The notes below the pieces were generated by a model, which worked only from the letters and a program-made list of their open reading frames with translations, did no database searches and had not been told where the DNA came from. This document shows, in pieces, positions 18,201 through 28,882 of a stretch of DNA of 32,000 bases (within the stretch, counting starts at the first letter, position 1; each line of letters opens with the position of its first letter). The stretch lies in the sequence record MK250029.1; one strand, given 5' to 3'. Source of the DNA: Prevotella phage Lak-C1. The position numbers were made by a program, and so were the translations under genes.

Positions 18201-19367
18201 ATGAATGATAATCAATAGATAAATGATGATTATATAGTTTCTTTATTTTTTACAAGTAAAACAAATCCAAATAGAATAAGGAAAACAACATCATACATTA
18301 TAGATAATAATGATGATATAAAAAATTATCTTATAAATAGGTTTCCTGATTTCAGAAATGATTTTAAAGAAGTTTTACACAGAATAAAATATAACATAGA
18401 AGAAATACCAAAATGTCCTGTATGCGGTAAACCATTAAAGTATTATGGTCTTTCTTCTATGCTATATGGTAAAACATGTTCTAGGAAATGTCAATATGAA
18501 TATATGAAAACAGAAGAGTTTCAAAGTAAACTGGATTATACATCATATATGAGTAATCCAGAAAACATTAAAAGAATACAAGAAAAAAGGAAACAGAAAA
18601 TTGATGGAATAAAAGAAAAAACAAAAAGAACTCTTCTTGAACGATATGGTGATTCACACTATAATAATCGAAATAAATGTAGACAAACATGTTTAGAAAA
18701 ATATGGTGTTGATAGTCCCATGTTATTAGATTCAGTAAAAAATAAAATTAAAGAAACTAATATTAAACGATATGGTGTCGAATGGTCTGCACAAAATAAA
18801 GAAATAAATCAAAAAACAATTAATACACAAATTAAAAAATATGGTGGTGTTTTCAATCCTGAAAAAGTAAAGAAAACGAATATAGAGAAATATGGTGTAG
18901 AAAAACCATTTATGTCATCTGATATACAAAATAAAGTTAGGAGTAAAATAGATATTATTTTACAAAAAGTAAATAATACTAAACGTATAAATGGAACATT
19001 TAATTCATCTAATACAGAGAAAATTTCTAAAACATTATTAATCGAAAAATTTGGTGTGAATAATGTAATTGAACAATATAAATCAGATTTATATCCATTT
19101 TATTGTGATTTCTATATTAAAAATTTAGATTTATATATTGAATGTAACTATCATTGGACACATGGTGGACATATATTTAATAAAGATAATATAAATGATA
19201 TTGAAAAATTAAATAAATGGAAGCAAAAGAATACAAAATTTTATAATAATGCTATAGAAGTATGGACTAAACGAGATCAATTAAAAATAAAAACAGCAAA
19301 AGATAATAATTTAAATTATAAAGCATTTTATTCATTAGACGAATTAAAACAATATTTAGAAATTTAA
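18201..19367 (+). CDS. Hef/Vsr-like homing endonuclease, free-standing, TAG at codon 6
   Basis: MNDNQQINDDYIVSLFF...KCPVCGKPLKYYGLSSMLYGKTCSRKCQYEY (zinc-finger-like), repeated KxxxxxRYGxxxxxxN/KYGVxxPM motifs, and nuclease core YPFYCDFYIKNLDLYIECNYHWTHGGH. Extends track ORF 18459-19367 through a TAG at 18216-18218. Confidence 0.85.
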
Positions 19368-19401
19368 TTATAAATATAAGAAATAAAATTTTAATTATTA
19401 A

Positions 19402-20826
19402 ATGAAAGTAACAACAAAGAAAGCTAAAGGTTTAGATGCACATATTATTAATGATAGTAATAAAAAAATAGTAAGAACTATAACAGATTTTTTAAATACA
19501 GATTATAAAGATTATACAAAGTATGTAATTGCAACACGAGCATTACCTAGTTTACTAGACGGCTTTAAAGTAGGCGCAAGAAAAATTATGCATGCAGCTT
19601 TCCACGGAGGAATGAAAAACGGAAAGGAAATTAAGAATTTAAATCTTGTAGGTGATGTTTATAATTTAACTCTGTACATGCATGGTGACGCTAGTTTAAC
19701 AAACACTATATTCACCCTTGCAGCAGAATTTCGTGATAATCTTAATCCTATTACTATAACAGGTCAGCATGGTTCATTACGAGATGAAAAAGCCGTTTCT
19801 GCTCCTCGTTATCTTTTCTGTAAGTTATCACCATATGCAAATTTATATAAAGCAGATGAGGATCTTTTGGAATATGTGTTTGATGAAGGTACATATCTTG
19901 AGCCTGTAAATTATTGGCCAATTATTCCTACTGTAATTACATCAAGATCAGAAGGTATGGCACCTGGTTATAAATTCAGTTCATTTTCATATAATCCTGT
20001 TGATGTTATTGATGCTTGTATTGAAATGTTGAATACTGGTGATATTAAAGAAACTGTGATTAGACCATATGTTAGAGGTATTAGTGAAGATAGGTTTACA
20101 TTTGATACAGACGTAAATAAATGGTTAAATTCTGGTGTATATAAAGTAGATATTAAGAATGATATATTTCAGGTAACTGATTTGCCATATGATACAGGTT
20201 TTGATAAGTTTGAGAAACGTCTTAATGATATGGTTGAAAAAGGATTTCTTAAAGATTGGAAGAATTATTCACAGGATGATAAGTTGAATTATTGGTTAAT
20301 TTTCCCTAAGAAACAACTTGAGCGTGAGATGAAACCAGATCGAAAAGATAAACTTTTTAAGAAAATAGGACTATATACATATGTACCAGATGATTTGTTA
20401 TATGTTCTTGATGAAAATAAGAAAGTAAAACATTTCATTAATAAAGAAGAACTTATAAAGTATTTTGTTAATATTCGTCTTAATAAGTATAATGATCGAA
20501 AAGATCGGTTAGTTACTGTTATGGAGAAACGATATGAAGATAACAACAATCTTTGTAGATTCATTGAATTGGTTAATAATGGAGATTTGATTATTTCTAA
20601 CAGAAAGAGAAAGGATGTTGTAGCAGATTTGAAGAAATATGATTTACCTGATTCTGTTTTACAAATTCAAATTTCTAAGTTAACTGATGAAGAGAAAAAA
20701 GAATTAATTAAGAAAAACAAAGAGATAGAAAAAGAGCTTAAGTATATTAAGAAAACAACCATAAAGGATATGTATCTTGATGATTTGAGGAATTTAAGAA
20801 AGACTCTTGAAACTGAATTTTGTTAA
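19402..20826 (+). CDS. Type II DNA topoisomerase, breakage-reunion (GyrA/ParC, T4 gp52-like) subunit
   Basis: 474 aa. VIATRALPSLLDGFKVGARKIMHAAFHGG, EIKNLNLVGDVYNLTLYMHGDASLTNTI, GQHGSLRDEKAVSAPRYLFCKLSPYA with the catalytic-Tyr context. Confidence 0.93.
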   Translation: MKVTTKKAKGLDAHIINDSNKKIVRTITDFLNTDYKDYTKYVIATRALPSLLDGFKVGARKIMHAAFHGGMKNGKEIKNLNLVGDVYNLTLYMHGDASLTNTIFTLAAEFRDNLNPITITGQHGSLRDEKAVSAPRYLFCKLSPYANLYKADEDLLEYVFDEGTYLEPVNYWPIIPTVITSRSEGMAPGYKFSSFSYNPVDVIDACIEMLNTGDIKETVIRPYVRGISEDRFTFDTDVNKWLNSGVYKVDIKNDIFQVTDLPYDTGFDKFEKRLNDMVEKGFLKDWKNYSQDDKLNYWLIFPKKQLEREMKPDRKDKLFKKIGLYTYVPDDLLYVLDENKKVKHFINKEELIKYFVNIRLNKYNDRKDRLVTVMEKRYEDNNNLCRFIELVNNGDLIISNRKRKDVVADLKKYDLPDSVLQIQISKLTDEEKKELIKKNKEIEKELKYIKKTTIKDMYLDDLRNLRKTLETEFC

Positions 20827-21629
20827 TGGAAAATTTATTTGATGACGATATTTTATTAAATGATGATAATGATGTTACTTCAGTGTTTGGTGATACTGCG
20901 GTAACATCATTATCTAATTTAGTTAATGATAATTTGAATTATCTTAAATTCAATAGTTATATAAATAATGATATTTATAAACGACATAATGCTTTTTATG
21001 CTTATATGGATTCATTTGAAGGCTATGGACAATATAAAAATTATTTTGACGTTGTGACATTTGATGTTAATAGTCCTTATAGTATTTCATTGAATATAAA
21101 GGGATTATTAGGTGAAAAATATCACTGTAGACATTATAAGAATTGTTTATTAGGTGTTATAGATACTAATATAATTAAAGCTATACCACATATTACAAAT
21201 ATTAATATAGAACCTTTATATGATTTTTATGAAGTAAATGAAAAATGTACGAAATTTTTAATATTCATGACATTATCAAAATATCGTGATAAAAATAAAA
21301 GTAATTTAATAGATGATGAATTTATTGAGAATATAAAAGAGTTTATATTAAATTTTAAAGATAATAACATATATTATGAATTAGTATTTGAAAATGTTGT
21401 ATTTGAATTTGAATCAATTAAAAAACTTAATAATTTATTACCATCTAATATAAAAATTCAAATAACAGGAGATTGTAAAATACATCTACCAGATGATATT
21501 ATTGCTAAATATAAACAAGTTCAACAAGATATGCAAATTTCATTATTTGCTAATACATATCCAGACTTTGATGATTGTGATAATATTACATTTAATATAT
21601 TTTCAATACTTAAAGATTTGAGATATTAA
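20826..21629 (+). CDS. Hypothetical protein with N-terminal LFDDD tag
   Basis: MENLFDDDILLNDDNDVTSVFGDTAV... The ATG at 20826 overlaps the upstream stop as TAATG. The track start 20820 is an alternative. Confidence 0.75.
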   Translation: MENLFDDDILLNDDNDVTSVFGDTAVTSLSNLVNDNLNYLKFNSYINNDIYKRHNAFYAYMDSFEGYGQYKNYFDVVTFDVNSPYSISLNIKGLLGEKYHCRHYKNCLLGVIDTNIIKAIPHITNINIEPLYDFYEVNEKCTKFLIFMTLSKYRDKNKSNLIDDEFIENIKEFILNFKDNNIYYELVFENVVFEFESIKKLNNLLPSNIKIQITGDCKIHLPDDIIAKYKQVQQDMQISLFANTYPDFDDCDNITFNIFSILKDLRY

Positions 21630-21928
21630 AATAAAGAATTCGAATTAACATTATCATCAACAATTTCATATGCATGAGAAATAAATGAATCAATATCAGT
21701 ATCTTCTTTAAGGATAACTTTTGTTTGTAACATATCTAAATATCCTTTATTAATATTTTCATAAATAGGAATTTTATTTTTCTCAAAATCTTTATGAATA
21801 ATAATATAAGGACAAAAACTAAATTCTGATAAGTATGATTCTTGATAACCAATGTTATGGAGTTTAGATAATAGTTTATTTAAGTCAGATACATTATTAA
21901 TATGAATATAGTATATTTTATAAAACAT
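21626..21928 (-). CDS. Small hypothetical protein (100 aa)
   Basis: Standard-code ORF convergent with the previous gene, sharing a TTAA overlap at the stops. Confidence 0.55.
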   Translation of the reverse strand: MFYKIYYIHINNVSDLNKLLSKLHNIGYQESYLSEFSFCPYIIIHKDFEKNKIPIYENINKGYLDMLQTKVILKEDTDIDSFISHAYEIVDDNVNSNSLF

Positions 21929-21987
21929 TTTATTTAAATAATTTTATAAATTATATAGTTAAATTAACGAAAAGATTATAAAAAGTA

Positions 21988-22341
21988 ATGAAAAAAGATA
22001 AAACTCGACAATTATATAATATATATGCAGGAAAAGAGAAAATAGAATTATTTAATCGTTATTATGGGAAAATATATTTAGAACCGATTTCAGAAGATTC
22101 ATATCAATTAATTGGTCCAGAAAATATTTATACATTTATGAGAGTTGGATTTAAGGATTTAGGTAAAGCTCGTACGGATTATACTAATATAGAGTTTATA
22201 GATCCAGATGGTGGTCCATATATTTCAGTTGGAAGTATTATAGGTACTCATAATGAAGTTATAACAAATATTATATGTATTAAAGTAGAAAAGAAAGCCG
22301 TTTATATTATAGAAACAAAAAAGGAAGATCATAAAGAATGA
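21988..22341 (+). CDS. Hypothetical protein (117 aa)
   Basis: Standard-code ORF, TGA stop lying inside the terminator hairpin. Confidence 0.65.
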   Translation: MKKDKTRQLYNIYAGKEKIELFNRYYGKIYLEPISEDSYQLIGPENIYTFMRVGFKDLGKARTDYTNIEFIDPDGGPYISVGSIIGTHNEVITNIICIKVEKKAVYIIETKKEDHKE

Positions 22342-22353
22342 TCTTCCTTTTTT
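22317..22353. terminator. Bidirectional terminator hairpin
   Basis: AAAAAAGGAAGATCAT (22317-22332), loop AAAGA, ATGATCTTCCTTTTTT (22338-22353): perfect 16-bp stem between convergent genes. Confidence 0.85.
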
Positions 22354-22356
22354 ATT

Positions 22357-23505
22357 TTAATCAAAAATATCATGAAAATGTTCTAATGTTTCATCTGTTA
22401 ATCTAACAATTACACATGAATCAATTTTATCTCCTAAACAATATCTGTCTATATTTTTTGAATTACATTTACTAAGCATTTCTGAATTAATATTTTTATA
22501 GAAATAAAATGTTAACCCATTTTTTGTTAATTCATATACAGCATTATCATCATCTTTTTCTATATCGTTTAACGGATATATATTTTTCTGTAATAAATAA
22601 ATTAAAAATGTAGGTATATTATATATTTTTGAATATTTACATAGACTTACCTGCCGTTTCCAATTAAAATAGACAATTCCATATGGTTCATTTTTATTAT
22701 TAAGATAAAAACTATTATCTCTAATAACATTTAAAGTTCCTAATTTTTTATAACGTGATTTTAAAAATGATATACGATTATTTATATCTTTTGTTTTAGT
22801 AATAATATCTTTCTGTTTATTATCATCTTTTTCTTCATATATAACTTTTCCAGTTAATTTAAGAATTGCGATAAATGATGATTCATTATAATCATATTTA
22901 ATACCACATCCAGAAGGTGATTGATATGTTAACATTATACCTTCATCTTCAGATAATAAAATCGTTTTATATGTTGGATCATTTCTAAAACACTCTTGAA
23001 CAATTTCAGGCATTGCAGGAAATATTTTATTAACCCAATTATCATATTCATGTTCTAATTTTAAATAACCACAATTTGCATATAACTCACTATCTTTAGG
23101 TGGTAATCCTCGTGTAAGTCCAAGCGATTCTTTTTCTTTACATTTACCATCATAAAATGATAAATTATTGACAAATGCATAGGGACAATTTGATACTCTA
23201 TATACATTAAATTTTTTCTTTTTTAACGCATCCATCATATCTTCTAATGCTTTATCTGGATATAAAGAACCCTTTCTGCCTCTATGTACAAGAACCTTTT
23301 TGTTATTAATCTTTTCATATTTCCAACTACGTGGTTTATCGATACCGAGAAGATCTACCACAATTGGTTTTAAATCATTTTCTGCGAATCGAGCAGATAA
23401 ATCGGTATCGATTGAACCTGTAGTTTCATCGGATAATATATCATCATCAAATAAATCAGAAAATGATTCAAATAGTTTTAATAAATTATATATATTCTTT
23501 TTCAT
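22357..23505 (-). CDS. Hypothetical protein (382 aa) with N-terminal LFDDD tag
   Basis: MKKNIYNLLKLFESFSDLFDDDILSDETTGSIDTDL..., TAA stop. Confidence 0.8.
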   Translation of the reverse strand: MKKNIYNLLKLFESFSDLFDDDILSDETTGSIDTDLSARFAENDLKPIVVDLLGIDKPRSWKYEKINNKKVLVHRGRKGSLYPDKALEDMMDALKKKKFNVYRVSNCPYAFVNNLSFYDGKCKEKESLGLTRGLPPKDSELYANCGYLKLEHEYDNWVNKIFPAMPEIVQECFRNDPTYKTILLSEDEGIMLTYQSPSGCGIKYDYNESSFIAILKLTGKVIYEEKDDNKQKDIITKTKDINNRISFLKSRYKKLGTLNVIRDNSFYLNNKNEPYGIVYFNWKRQVSLCKYSKIYNIPTFLIYLLQKNIYPLNDIEKDDDNAVYELTKNGLTFYFYKNINSEMLSKCNSKNIDRYCLGDKIDSCVIVRLTDETLEHFHDIFD

Positions 23506-23535
23506 ATTTTTAATTATTCTATTATGATATATTTA

Positions 23536-26500
23536 TTATGCAAGTACTAATAAGATAGGAGTTAATGTAGCTGATTTCCATGTTGCATAATAAGTGACTG
23601 AACTATTTATAGTAACTGTACTTGTAGAACCATATGTTGCGATACTACTTGTAGACCATCCGTTAAAAATATAATTATTGCGTGTAGGTACATAACTTCC
23701 TATATTAAATGTTCCTTTTGTATATATAATATATGGATTTGATGTTGTATATTCTTTACCATTTACTGTTAATGTACCATTACCATTATTAGGGGTAAGA
23801 ACAACTTTATAACTTGCTACTGTTAACTATAAATATACATTTGTTGGATTAGTTGTTACTGTTGCAGTTGAATTAGATAATAAAGTACCACCAGATGCTG
23901 CAGTATACCATGCACCCGTATATCTTATCGTATTATCAACTTTTCTTATAGGATTTGCTAATGGTACAGGAGCAGTTAGAGAACTATATTTTGTTCCATA
24001 AGCTACAGATGAACTTTTTGTTAATGTTACATCATCTGACCAAATAATAACCATTGAATCTGTATTATTCCAATTAATTGTACATGTATTAGCTGAACTT
24101 GTATATATAGCATAAAAATTAAAAGTTGAGCTTGTTGTAGTTAATGTATATGGAAATGTAACTACATTACCATTTGTTGTTAAAGACCAACCTTTAAATT
24201 TATAAATCGTTGAGGTAGTTGCTGTTTTTGTTGGACTTGATGAATATGCAGAAATAGATGCTCCATAATTTTTCTTTTCTGATTTCTATGTAGAACCATC
24301 ACTGAAAGTACCACCGTTTGAATTCCAATATACAGTTTTTTCTGTAACTGTATACATTGCATTAAATTGTATAGCAGTTGTACCTAATGTAATACTTACA
24401 GGAAATGTTTTATAATATGTACTATTATAATACCAACCAAGAAATGTATTACCTGTTTTACTAGGAGTATTCTTATAACCTATATCAGATGGCTAACATT
24501 TAATCGCTCCAGGATTATGATAATCATATATTGAATTACTTGTTGATGTTCCACCTGATGTTGGTGAAAGTTGTCCACCATTTGGATCCCAAGAAACTTT
24601 TATATAACCAGTAGAAACGGTGCTCCAACGAGCATATAAATTTATATCACCAGTTAATAAAGATCCACTTGTTACTGCAGCACCTGTTGTTGTTGTTGAA
24701 TAGTTACCAAGGAATACATATTTTAAATTACTACCTTCTACCCATGTAGGTGTTTCATCTGGTTTTAATTCTGTATATGGTGTATCTTTACTAAATTTCT
24801 TTGTAATTGATTCATTACCAGTAGTTTTACTCCATTTTGCATATGTATTGTTTTTATGGAATGTAACAGTAAATAATGTTGTATTACCTGTTTGTGTTAA
24901 TGTAGCAGTATCAGGTGAATAATACTAATAGTTTCCTGTAAATGTATATGTTCTATTTTTTGTACTTGACTAAATATTTGGTATAACTGGTTTGTTACCT
25001 GTAAAAGAAAATTTATTAGATGTTGTTTCTCCTGAATTTTTATATACGCCAGTAAAGGTTGTTGAACTTGTTATATCAGTATATTCTGGCTGAGAAACAC
25101 TTGTTTCTTTTGATGTCCAATCTTCATTATATATTTTTACTAATTTTGATGTTAACGTTGCTGTACCACCAGTATAAGTAAAAGATGTTGGATTTACAGA
25201 AACCGCTATTGATTCAGTTTTTAATTCTTTATTTTCTACCGTATTTCCCTATCTTGTTAATATAGTAACAGTATCTGTTTTTAAAGAATTACCAAGAGAA
25301 TCTTTAACATCATACTATTTTTCATTATATGTATGTTTAAGATCTTGAAGTTCAACATGAATTTCAGCATAACGAGTTTTTTCCTCTGCATATGATGTAC
25401 CTAAAGATTGAGAAGTAACAGAAGTTGGCCTAAATTTATACATGTTTGCAGTTAAATCATTAAATGTCCATTTAACCGTTTCTGTTATAGTCTTATTTTC
25501 CATTGACGTATAAGTCCATTTATAAGTACCTTCCAATGTACAATCTGTTGCTGTTATAGTTTTACCAGATGCAGGAAAATGATAACCTGATTTATCAGTT
25601 GCATAACTGTATTTTGTTATTACTAAATTAGAATATGTAAATGGTTTTGATGCATCAGGTCCATCTAATTTCTATGAAACTGATACTTCATTTGATGTTA
25701 TACCATCATACGTTGTTTTAAACTTTATTGTTCTTGCTGAAGTAGATGCAGGAATTTTATATGATGTTCCTTTAGTTGATGAAACACCAGTTATTCCAGT
25801 TATTGTATATGTCTAATTAGCATTAACCGCTTCAGGTCCTTGATTCGCATCACTTCCACCACCAGACGTTGAACCAGATGTATACTAATAAACAACTTTA
25901 TTTAATGTATACTTTCTCTATAATGTAAATGTTACTGTTCCTCCTGAACTATATACTGTTGTAGGACTTACAAATAATATTACGCTGGTGGTTTTCTTTG
26001 ATTCTGGTGTCATAACTGACTTTGTATTAGCAGCTTGTTTTACTGTAAAACTAGGATGTGTTAAAGCAACTCCATCAATTGTTGTTTGCTTCTGTGTTGT
26101 ACCACCTGCAGGTATTGTTGTAACATTAGTAACAGGAGATTCTGTAGTTCCTTTTGTTGTTGCACTTACAGTAGAAAATGTCACATTTTCTGTAACATTT
26201 TCAGATTCACCAGTATTATATGTTTTCCTAAAAGTTAATGTACCCGAACTTATATTTCCTCCGCTTGCAGGAATTAAATTTGTAGTAATACTTGCATTAT
26301 CTAATTTAGTTACATACTTATCCCGTTTTGTTTGAGTAATAGTTATATTTGCCTGTTCATACATATCACCACGTAAACCCATTGCATGAATTATAATAGT
26401 TCTATCAGAAGATGCATTATCTCTTTTACTAAATGTAACACTAAATGGATTATTATGTGTATATATTCCATCCTAATGTGGTGTATTATTTATTGTACAA

Positions 26501-26802
26501 CCAGATGTATCTCCACTACCACTTTTAAATGTTGCATTAGGATAATTATATATTCGTTCTTCTGTTCTTGTGGTAAATCCTTCTCTTACTGAATATGTTT
26601 CTTTACAATATAAATTAAATTTTTGTGTTGTTCCTCCTTCCCATGATATATTTGGTATAGTACTAGGATCAGAACCATATTCTGTTTTAATTAAAGTTTC
26701 TGTTTTCTTTACATAGAAACGTCTGGAAGTTTTCTGCCCTTCCCAACACACATGTTGGTTTTTCTATACATCAACAGCTTTATTATTATTTTTTATAATC
26801 AT
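23536..26802 (-). CDS. TAG-recoded giant adhesin / tail-fibre-like protein (about 1,088 aa) with Ig-like and InlB B / Listeria-Bacteroides-type repeats
   Basis: Single frame from ATG 26802 to TAA 23536-23538 joining track ORFs 26473-26751, 25918-26382, 25315-25536 and 23827-24054, with roughly a dozen in-frame TAGs. Repeats such as WDPNGGQLSPTSGG..., SDGSTQKSEKKNYGASI...YKFKGWSLTTNGNVVTFPYTL...FYAIYTS, NYIFNGWSTSSIA...YYATWK. Confidence 0.85.
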
Positions 26803-26825
26803 GTTTACTAATAAATAATTAATTT

Positions 26826-27863
26826 TTAGAACTAATCTTTATAAGCATTATATGTTGCAATAACATCTTTTAAATGAATAGTAGGGAATTTCTGTAACTT
26901 TCTTAATATATTAATAAAATCTTCTTTACTGCTCATATTAATTCTGGATCTATTATAACCATAACGTCCTCTATAACCACTAAAAGATTTACTATATACA
27001 CCATGTCCTAATATAATAGTTAATAATATATCATCATTAAACTGTAATTGTAAATCTTTTATATTTCTGTTCTTTGCACATATAAATAAAGCTGCTAATC
27101 TTGCAACCATTTTATCTGCTTTTGTTATTTTATCAAAACCACTGAAATTCCTTGTATCTATACATTTATTCATACGGTCAATATCTTTCTGAACTACTTT
27201 ATATACTTTTCCTGTACATGTTAATTCATCTGTAATTCTCTATGTATTAAATACTTTTTCTACCTATTTTAGTAATGCGTCATATATTTCAGATTGCTAT
27301 GATTTAATGTCAAACTATGTACTATTATACTTAGTAATAAACTTATTGACAGCAGTATTCATATTATCTGAAATATTACATACACTTAATATAATTTCAT
27401 CTGTAGTATAAGGAAATGAAACACACCATGCACTAAATTCTTTTGGTTTATTCCTATATGTTATTTCATATGGAATTTGCTTAATATTGAATATGAAATT
27501 ATCACCGATAACACATTTGAAATATTTTCTAAATATATCTAAACTATAATTTGTTTCTACTGTTATTTTAATTTGTTCATTATTAAACTAATCACAATCT
27601 ATAGTATAAGGAAAATATGTTTTCTTAATAGCAGACATTATATCAGTAATTGTATTTAATACATTATTAACAAGATCGTATTTATTGATGAAATATTCAT
27701 TTACTTCATCTATATTATCACATTGTGCTAATGATGTAATTTTGACATTATCATTAATCATTTGAGAAACTTCCTATGTATCAGAATCTGTATCATCAAC
27801 ATATATATCATTGAAATCATCATCAAATAAACTTTCGAGTAATTTCTTTATATTCTTATTCAT
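26826..27863 (-). CDS. TAG-recoded hypothetical protein (345 aa) with N-terminal ESLFDDD tag
   Basis: MNKNIKKLLESLFDDDFNDIYVDDTDSDTQEVSQMINDNVKITSLAQ... to ...ATYNAYKDQF. 7 in-frame TAGs. The last (26832-26834) precedes TTC TAA. Track ORF 26832-27173 is only its C-terminus. Confidence 0.8.
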
Positions 27864-27916
27864 ATAATAATTAAAATGTATTTTATTATTTATTTTTAGA
27901 TAATAATTCATGAAAT

Positions 27917-27949
27917 ATTTTTTTAATTAAAATATTATATGTATCTTTG
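27917..27949 (+). promoter_or_regulatory. Putative phage promoter P6 (membrane proteins/TonB receptor cluster)
   Basis: ATTTTTTTAATT (27917-27928), 13-nt spacer, TATCTTTG (27942-27949), 30 nt before the ATG at 27980. Confidence 0.7.
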
Positions 27950-27979
27950 AGTCACATAATAATTAATGAATAATATAAT

Positions 27980-28354
27980 ATGGTATTAAATATAGACGAT
28001 TTTGAAGTATTGAAATTTTATGGGTATACAAGTCTAATACCTATAAATGCTCGTATTAATGAAGTGTCATCAATAGATGATAATCCAAGAGAACAAATAC
28101 GTTATAAAAAATTAGAATCCTTTTATAATAAGGTAATTGAAAAAGCAAAGGAAAAATGTACAAATAAAAGTTTTAAGTATTGTCATTTTGAAGATAATAA
28201 ATGTGTATTTTGTTTATCACATATTAAAACAGGTCATATTATCTATATAGGTAAATATGATTTTGAAATATCGATAGGTCTTGATTTCAAACAGATATTT
28301 GGTCCATCATATAATTTTTTATTTAATAAAGAATCATATAAGAATGAAGAGTAA
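27980..28354 (+). CDS. Hypothetical protein (124 aa)
   Basis: Standard-code ORF; contains CHFEDNKCVFCLSH (clustered Cys/His). Confidence 0.65.
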   Translation: MVLNIDDFEVLKFYGYTSLIPINARINEVSSIDDNPREQIRYKKLESFYNKVIEKAKEKCTNKSFKYCHFEDNKCVFCLSHIKTGHIIYIGKYDFEISIGLDFKQIFGPSYNFLFNKESYKNEE

Positions 28355-28484
28355 AAAATTTTTATCTAATTTAAATAATATAGAAACTTGCAAGAATTCA
28401 TTGGTATTTCTTGCTATGGTATTTCTTATTATTTTAACATATGCAGGTATCATATGGTTTTCAGATTATTTGAATAATTATTAA
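28344..28484 (+). CDS. Small membrane protein (46 aa)
   Basis: MKSKKFLSNLNNIETCKNSLVFLAMVFLIILTYAGIIWFSDYLNNY, with start overlapping the end of the upstream gene. The track start at 28281 is less plausible. Confidence 0.55.
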   Translation: MKSKKFLSNLNNIETCKNSLVFLAMVFLIILTYAGIIWFSDYLNNY

Positions 28485-28496
28485 AATTAAATACAT

Positions 28497-28829
28497 ATGG
28501 TTATACATAAAGCAGAAAAATGTAATATTAATAATGTATCAGAAAATAAAATACATGATAGTACATCAGGTTATAATAGTTTAATTATATTTTTTATCAT
28601 TACTGTAATTACGGCAGTTGTATATGCAATAACAGTTTATCCTGCTGCATGTTCAAGAGAATCTGTAATTACAAATAAAGATACAGAAACAAAATTTAAA
28701 ATGATATTGAGAGACAAATATATTGATAATGTATTTCTTGAAAATATTAGTCAAAATTCATGGAATTCAATAGAAGTATATGATTCAAATATGAAATCTC
28801 ATAAAATTATTTGGAAAGAAGTAAAATAA
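28497..28829 (+). CDS. Small membrane protein (110 aa)
   Basis: Single hydrophobic segment LIIFFIITVITAVVYAITVYPAAC in a co-directional cluster. Confidence 0.6.
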   Translation: MVIHKAEKCNINNVSENKIHDSTSGYNSLIIFFIITVITAVVYAITVYPAACSRESVITNKDTETKFKMILRDKYIDNVFLENISQNSWNSIEVYDSNMKSHKIIWKEVK

Positions 28830-28882
28830 TAAAGTAAAAAGAAAATATATTTAATAATTACTAATTTTAATAAAAATAAAAA

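Noticed and set aside
21626-21629. Shared TTAA stop overlap of convergent genes
   Set aside because: Real but ordinary for compact AT-rich phage genomes.
24180-24362. ORF 24180-24362 (-), 60 aa
   Set aside because: Out of frame with the recoded 23536-26802 adhesin and made of low-complexity codon shadow.
25988-26335. Plus-strand ORF 25988-26335 (115 aa) inside the adhesin
   Set aside because: Antisense shadow of Ser/Thr/Val-rich coding sequence, with no independent signals.
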